NCBI RefSeq assembly: GCF_964355755.1
Contig: NC_092679.1
Span: 17,033,432-17,097,431, forward strand
Length of the DNA: 64,000 bases
From: Antedon mediterranea
Lineage: Eukaryota; Animalia; Echinodermata
Direction: 5' to 3'
Positions within the stretch are counted from its first letter, which is position 1. Every line of letters begins with the position of its first letter. This document shows positions 59,801 through 64,000 of the stretch, one piece after another. Under the pieces are notes generated by a model that made no database searches, was not told the DNA's origin, and saw only the letters and a program-made list of their open reading frames with translations. A program made the position numbers and the translations under genes.

Positions 59801-62800
59801 AGAGTGAGCTAGTAGAAGATTCAAAAGATTCGTAAAGAAACAGATCTTCTCCTCATTAGTAATCAAAAGATCAAGGTCAACAGCCTGGAGTTCACAAGTT
59901 GCCGTGATAATGTCAAACCACTCTGGCATACCACTCGCAAGAAATGCGCCACCCATGTCAAAGATGCCCTCAGTGTTGGAGCTTCCAATGTGATCTGCAA
60001 TAAGTAAGAAAATTCGTGTTTATTTTTTAAAATTGGAAATGTGATTTACAAGATTACACAAGAAAGCCCTGGGAAAAGTTCCAGGTGCTGGCATAAACTA
60101 TTTTTCTACTTAAGCATTTTCTACCTTGATTTAAGCTAAAAATCTCTTACTTTTCATCAGTCTGATCAATCGAGATAGTAGATCCTTAACGACAGTAGCT
60201 GGATGTCGAGCTTTTTCTGTCCACTCCTCTCCACCATTTAATACCAACTGCCCATCAGGCATTTGTGATTTGATCACTGGTGGCAAATATAGTGAAATAG
60301 TTGGACAGCAACTTTTTACCATTACGTCCACAAGATCAAGTTTCAAACTTTTCGCAATAGTTTCCAATCTATATCAAGAAATTCAGGTATTTTGATGTTT
60401 TGAAAATGTATGCTTTGCTATAAGTGAGAAAAATTAATTTTTACTATAGAAATGAATCCAATTCTAAATTATCACCACTATTATTAGTTCATTGCTGGAT
60501 ACTGTAAAATAAAATACATTACCTGGATGGTGAAATGTTATCATGGAACATAAGTTTACCAAGTTCAAAATGAGGGCCTTTGCTGAGCACAGAAAATGGG
60601 TTTGATGGCTTAGGTTGTGTACCTAAAAATAAATGTTAAAAATACAGTTCAAATCTTCAGGACACTCCCAGTGGACACTTTCCTATGAAACGAACAATGT
60701 GCAGTAAAGGGGCACTTTTTTTAGTTATTGAAGGTTATTTGATAATAAATTCTGTACAAGCAGTGCCTTCAGAAGTGACATATCTTTAAATCTTTAATAT
60801 GGTGTAGGCTGTGTTACCTTAATTTTCCATGTATATAACTAATAGCAGAGTGTTCTACTATATATAAGTAAATATTAACTTTAGTGCAATTTATTTGACA
60901 TTAATAGAATTCTTGAAATGGCAAGTAGCAGTGGTAAGTAGTGATTTTTAAAAGAATATAAACAAATCTATTTTTTTTTTCTTTTTTATTGAAAGTTTTG
61001 GTAGCTGAATTTTTTTTTCTTCAAATATTAGTATAAAATAAAATCATTATAACAACACAAATTATTTACAAACAAAATTTACAGTGTAGCTTAAAGTAAT
61101 ACTAAATATATTTCTTACCAGATTGACGATCTGGAGATTCTAGAAGTACACTTGCCAAGGTGTTTACATGGTCGCAAATTGTCTTCAAATAATTCACCTG
61201 CTTCTGCGAGTGTTCCTCTCCGTGACTGTAGTACTTTGATACCTTGAGCTCTTTTGTGACATCATCATCCAATACCTGCATGAGTTTACTGGAGCACTTT
61301 TGGACCGAGGCTGTAGTTACTCCATCCTTTTGGTGCATTCGTTTCAAAGGAGATTTCTTGGGAGATTTGGAAGACTTTTCTGGCGACAGGGATTGCTTAA
61401 AATCCATAACTGAATTAAAAAGTTCTCTGTGCCATCTGACACTCCTCTCAAGATTAGAAGACTGGAGAGGTCTGCTGCCACACAGAAGGAGTTCATGAAC
61501 ACTTTGTTTTAAGACGTCAGAATGCATAGCATCTTTTTGAACTCTCAAGGCTCCGTACAAAAGTTGGACAAATTCACCAACACCAAGCATACTCAAATCA
61601 TTTCCTTTCGCAATGGCAGTGTTAGAGACGGTAGAACTCTCAGCTCTATCTAATAAACTTAGTGATGTTTCGTAGAACTTACTAGCCGTACATGCCAAGT
61701 CTAGTGCAACCATACATGAAATATTTCTACCCTGTAAATGACTGTACAGTTCAACAAGACCTAGTTTATCTCTTGCGTATGGATTAAGATCCAGTGGTTT
61801 ATATAAATTTGACGGCAGTCTTGCAAGAGTTTCGTCAACGACATTGCCTGCGGACATTGCTGAGACGGCAGAGTTTGCGATGTTAGCAATGACCCCTAAC
61901 CGGGAAGATTGCGACGTAGGTGCCGATAACCTCTTTATTGCACTGACATCTAAACTTTGAACTTGTTCGATTGCGGAATTCCAGTGTTGTGAAAAATGCA
62001 CTTCTGAAACTTCGCAACCTTTGTCCATTCCAAACATGTCAATCACCTAAAAAAAATGTAACAATTTGTTAATCCAAAGAATGTAGTTTCTACCAATGTC
62101 AAGCTTTACACATTTATAAGAATTTTCAGTTGAATGTCATTTTTGTCTGTTAACCTCTCTGAAAAGCAACACAGTACTGGAAAGTCGAGTTGGTGCTCTC
62201 TATATTTTTCACCCGATGCTTACCTGGATGGGAAAATTTCAAAACTATTTTAATGAGAATTTACAGGACACCAGATTGTTCAGATGACCTAAAATGTGTC
62301 ATTTATGGACTAGGCATTGACACATTTTCCATTCATTGTTCTTATCGTAAAGATAATACATAATGTCTGCTCATTTTGAAATCATATGTTAAAAATAATA
62401 ATCATAAAATTCCATACCTGTTTGGCTTTCCGAAACTTTCCGTTCACCATGCAAATTCTAACTAACATCTCCTGAGTTGAAAGCATGTATGAAATTATTC
62501 CATCAGAAGTCGCTGGTTTGGATACAGCAGATGATTTTGCATAGTGGCTAATCTTTCTTTTACGTCTATCACTGCTGGTTGATAAACCTGAAGAGAGTTT
62601 GTGAAACCATATGTTAGTTTACAGTAACTAGTGGAAGTAGCACGGGATCTACAGTGGTATGAAATAAAAAATAGGTCACTCTAAATAATAAGAAAGTGGA
62701 ATGACATAACAATGGTAAGTGTGTTAGACTAGCATGTTACATCTGTGACATGTTTCTTGTATTCCTGGGTTGACGTAAAGCTGTTGGTCCCATTGCACAT

Positions 62801-63756
62801 GTTCACAATAAAGAACTTGGCACACAACTTAAAAGAATAGGGGAATGTGATCTTTCTTGTACTAAGAGGTCAAGACAAATATATATATAATTAATTCTGA
62901 CAAAATGTTGAAAAAACTAAAAAAATCCTACTATATGGACTGCCAGGTTGAACATTCTTCTTCTGCCTGGTTAGTTCTTCCTTTTCTTTCTGTACCTCCT
63001 CATCAATGAGCCTTCCAAGTTCATCATCTACATGACTGCTGTATCTATCCTGCCCTTTGACCTTTTCAGATACTAACTGGAAACGCCAGAGAGCTTCGTT
63101 TGTGCATTTCTCAAGTCTGGCAATTCTTTGTTTCAATTCAGATTGAGAGATTGAACACTTCAAATGTTTGTGAAGCTCTTTGCTGTCTCCAAGACTGCTT
63201 CCATCTGACTTCTGAAGACATGTGTCACTCAAGTCATTCAGACACTCTTTAAAAACCTTCAGAAAGATATCAATGACCGCTGGTGACGCTAAAAATCCAT
63301 GAGAGGTCATCTGGTTTGACAGACCCGATAGACTGCTGCTGGAACCACCAGATTCAAGTTTTTCTGAATTGTACAGGTCAGAGCTACTAGTATTCTTACG
63401 TCCTTGTCGTACAAACCCAAAACTGCCGTCTCCTAAAGGTTCGTCGCAATCACTTCCAGATCTTGACGACCTCTGATCGTCAAACCTTACAAACAAGAGC
63501 GAGAAAATGTTCTCCAGGGTTTCCACACGAAAGGTCAGAGGGTAAATGTTGCGGAGGTTTTCTTTTGCATATATCAAAGATCTCTGGAACACAGTAGTTT
63601 GTTGAGTTAAGGTGGGTGTTATATTCGGTCTAGCAACTGCTTTGGCGAATTCCATCGTTGCAATAAAACTCATGTACACCGACAAATCCCTTGCTTGTTC
63701 AATGGACCGTACTTTATCTGCAGTTTGTTTATTCTTCGCAATTGATATCATTTCAT
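41900..63756 (-). CDS. ZFYVE26: Zinc finger FYVE domain-containing protein 26 (spastizin/SPG15), 5'-partial; ~34 exons, ~2370 codons in window
   Basis: Exons: 63756-62932, 62587-62418, 62046-61119, 60622-60523, 60368-60151, 59994-59771, 59653-59612 (uncertain), 58964-58792, 58533-58448, 57923-57823, 56675-56583, 56282-56087, 55766-54871, 54440-54213, 53995-53930, 53624-53445, 53322-53227, 52578-52431, 51935-51745, 51179-51037, 50896-50856, 50659-50493, 50087-49927, 49097-48921, 48554-48389, 48063-47971, 47665-47603, 47339-47193, 46638-46441, 45822-45641, 45321-45168, 44819-44760, 42879-42646, 42067-41900. FYVE motifs WVKD, CMVC, RRHHCRRCGRVVC, VRICDDC; spastizin motifs LENIFSLLF, LEQLIMN, APSTSLCISILDLH, LAMEVSTKC, DYVRASMTCIRFF, AYILCGKLKSAYLIAVK. 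Confidence 0.95.
42945..44490. repeat. 1.5-kb compound (TAAC/TAC)-derived satellite in a ZFYVE26 intron
   Basis: Recurrent blocks AACTACCTACTTTAACT, ACTGCAACCAACTAACTGT, ACTCTAAAACT; strong strand asymmetry. Confidence 0.95.
46028..46188. mobile_element. Harbinger-like MITE copy; further partial copies at 47755-47850 and 56322-56412
   Basis: TAA|AGCTCTGTTTACACTATC...GATAGTGTAGA; matches 54594-54734. Confidence 0.75.
46967..47104 (+). mobile_element. 5' half of the Deu/Nin-domain SINE
   Basis: Matches 39756-39883. Confidence 0.8.
48194..48340 (+). mobile_element. 5'-truncated copy of SINE family B
   Basis: Matches 18835-18984. Confidence 0.75.
49152..49862. repeat. 19/16-bp minisatellite (GAACCATACAAGGTATGAT)
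   Basis: Direct inspection; explains four overlapping repetitive ORFs. Confidence 0.95.
51551..51662. mobile_element. Small Harbinger-like MITE
   Basis: TAA|AGCTTGGTTCCCACT ... AATGGGAAACAAGCA|TTA imperfect inverted ends. Confidence 0.5.
52702..52950 (+). mobile_element. Deu/Nin-domain SINE copy with internal deletions
   Basis: Matches head, core and tail of 39756-40061. Confidence 0.8.
54594..54734. mobile_element. Complete palindromic Harbinger-like MITE, followed by a partial tandem copy (54740-54855)
   Basis: AGTTCTGTCTACACTATCAAACT...AGTTTGATAGTGTAGACAGAGCT with TTA/TAA flanks. Confidence 0.82.
56786..57224 (+). mobile_element. 3' end of a CR1-clade LINE (5'-truncated ORF2 plus tail)
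   Basis: LRDKSYDQRLKELGLPTLNYRRRRADIIQVFKIIKG...RGHQFKL...SFSSRIVNTWNNL...NAFKDQL is the classic CR1 ORF2 C-terminus; tail repeats ATTCAAGTAAG. May sit inside a TTAA-flanked element (56733-57705). Confidence 0.9.
57435..57592. repeat. 40-bp AT-rich tandem repeat, ~4 copies
   Basis: TATCATATAAATATTATACAGTGTATGTATTTATGTTTGT repeated. Confidence 0.9.
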
Positions 63757-64000
63757 CTGAGAAAAAAAATGGAAAGGGAAAAAAATTAGTGATTCAATTT
63801 AGTGTAGATGCAGATGGTAATTCCATTCCAACTTCAACACCATTTAAGACAGCATATAACTTTAAAACAACAGAAAGATAATATAACTAGTGCAACTTAA
63901 CTTAACCCATATAATCTTCTATTGTCTTGCTATGTGAGGCAACGGTACTGGCACTCTTTTGCCAATGAAAACAAGTCTTTTACCAGGATTTTTTATTTGT

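Noticed and set aside
63780-64000. Further upstream ZFYVE26 exon(s)
   Set aside because: Candidate frames contain stops or weak acceptors; cannot be resolved at the window edge.

Overview
AT-rich, intron-rich animal (invertebrate; the Deu/Nin-domain SINE and the peripherin-like gene are compatible with an echinoderm-type deuterostome, which is an inference) genomic DNA, not prokaryotic. Six protein-coding loci were reconstructed by hand from GT-AG splice sites and frame continuity: (1) the 3' end of a gene ending in a beta-spectrin-type PH domain (+, <1-2134); (2) a 5-exon FAM53-family gene (-, 5949-26180); (3) head-to-head with it, a 7-exon C16orf89/UPF0764 homolog (+, 27586-31396); (4) a single-exon 203-aa orphan ORF (+); (5) a 5-exon peripherin-2/ROM1-like tetraspanin with a long acidic-then-polybasic tail (+, 35598-39060); (6) about 34 exons of ZFYVE26/spastizin (-, 41900->63756). 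Introns carry many minisatellites, MITEs, two tRNA-derived SINE families and LINE 3' ends. Highlights: an apparent DUF547-like domain spliced in-frame into spastizin; a peripherin lacking the Cys150 loop and bearing an SPKK-rich tail; a 5.7-kb non-autonomous element with perfect 32-bp TIRs and no target-site duplication that carries a satellite, a SINE and a 1.73-kb tandem duplication; and direct evidence from repeat consensus comparison that the abundant TACAGTA/TAGGCCTA/TACCGGTA words are small insertions at TA sites, resembling transposon excision footprints. All family assignments come from recalled motifs, not database searches.
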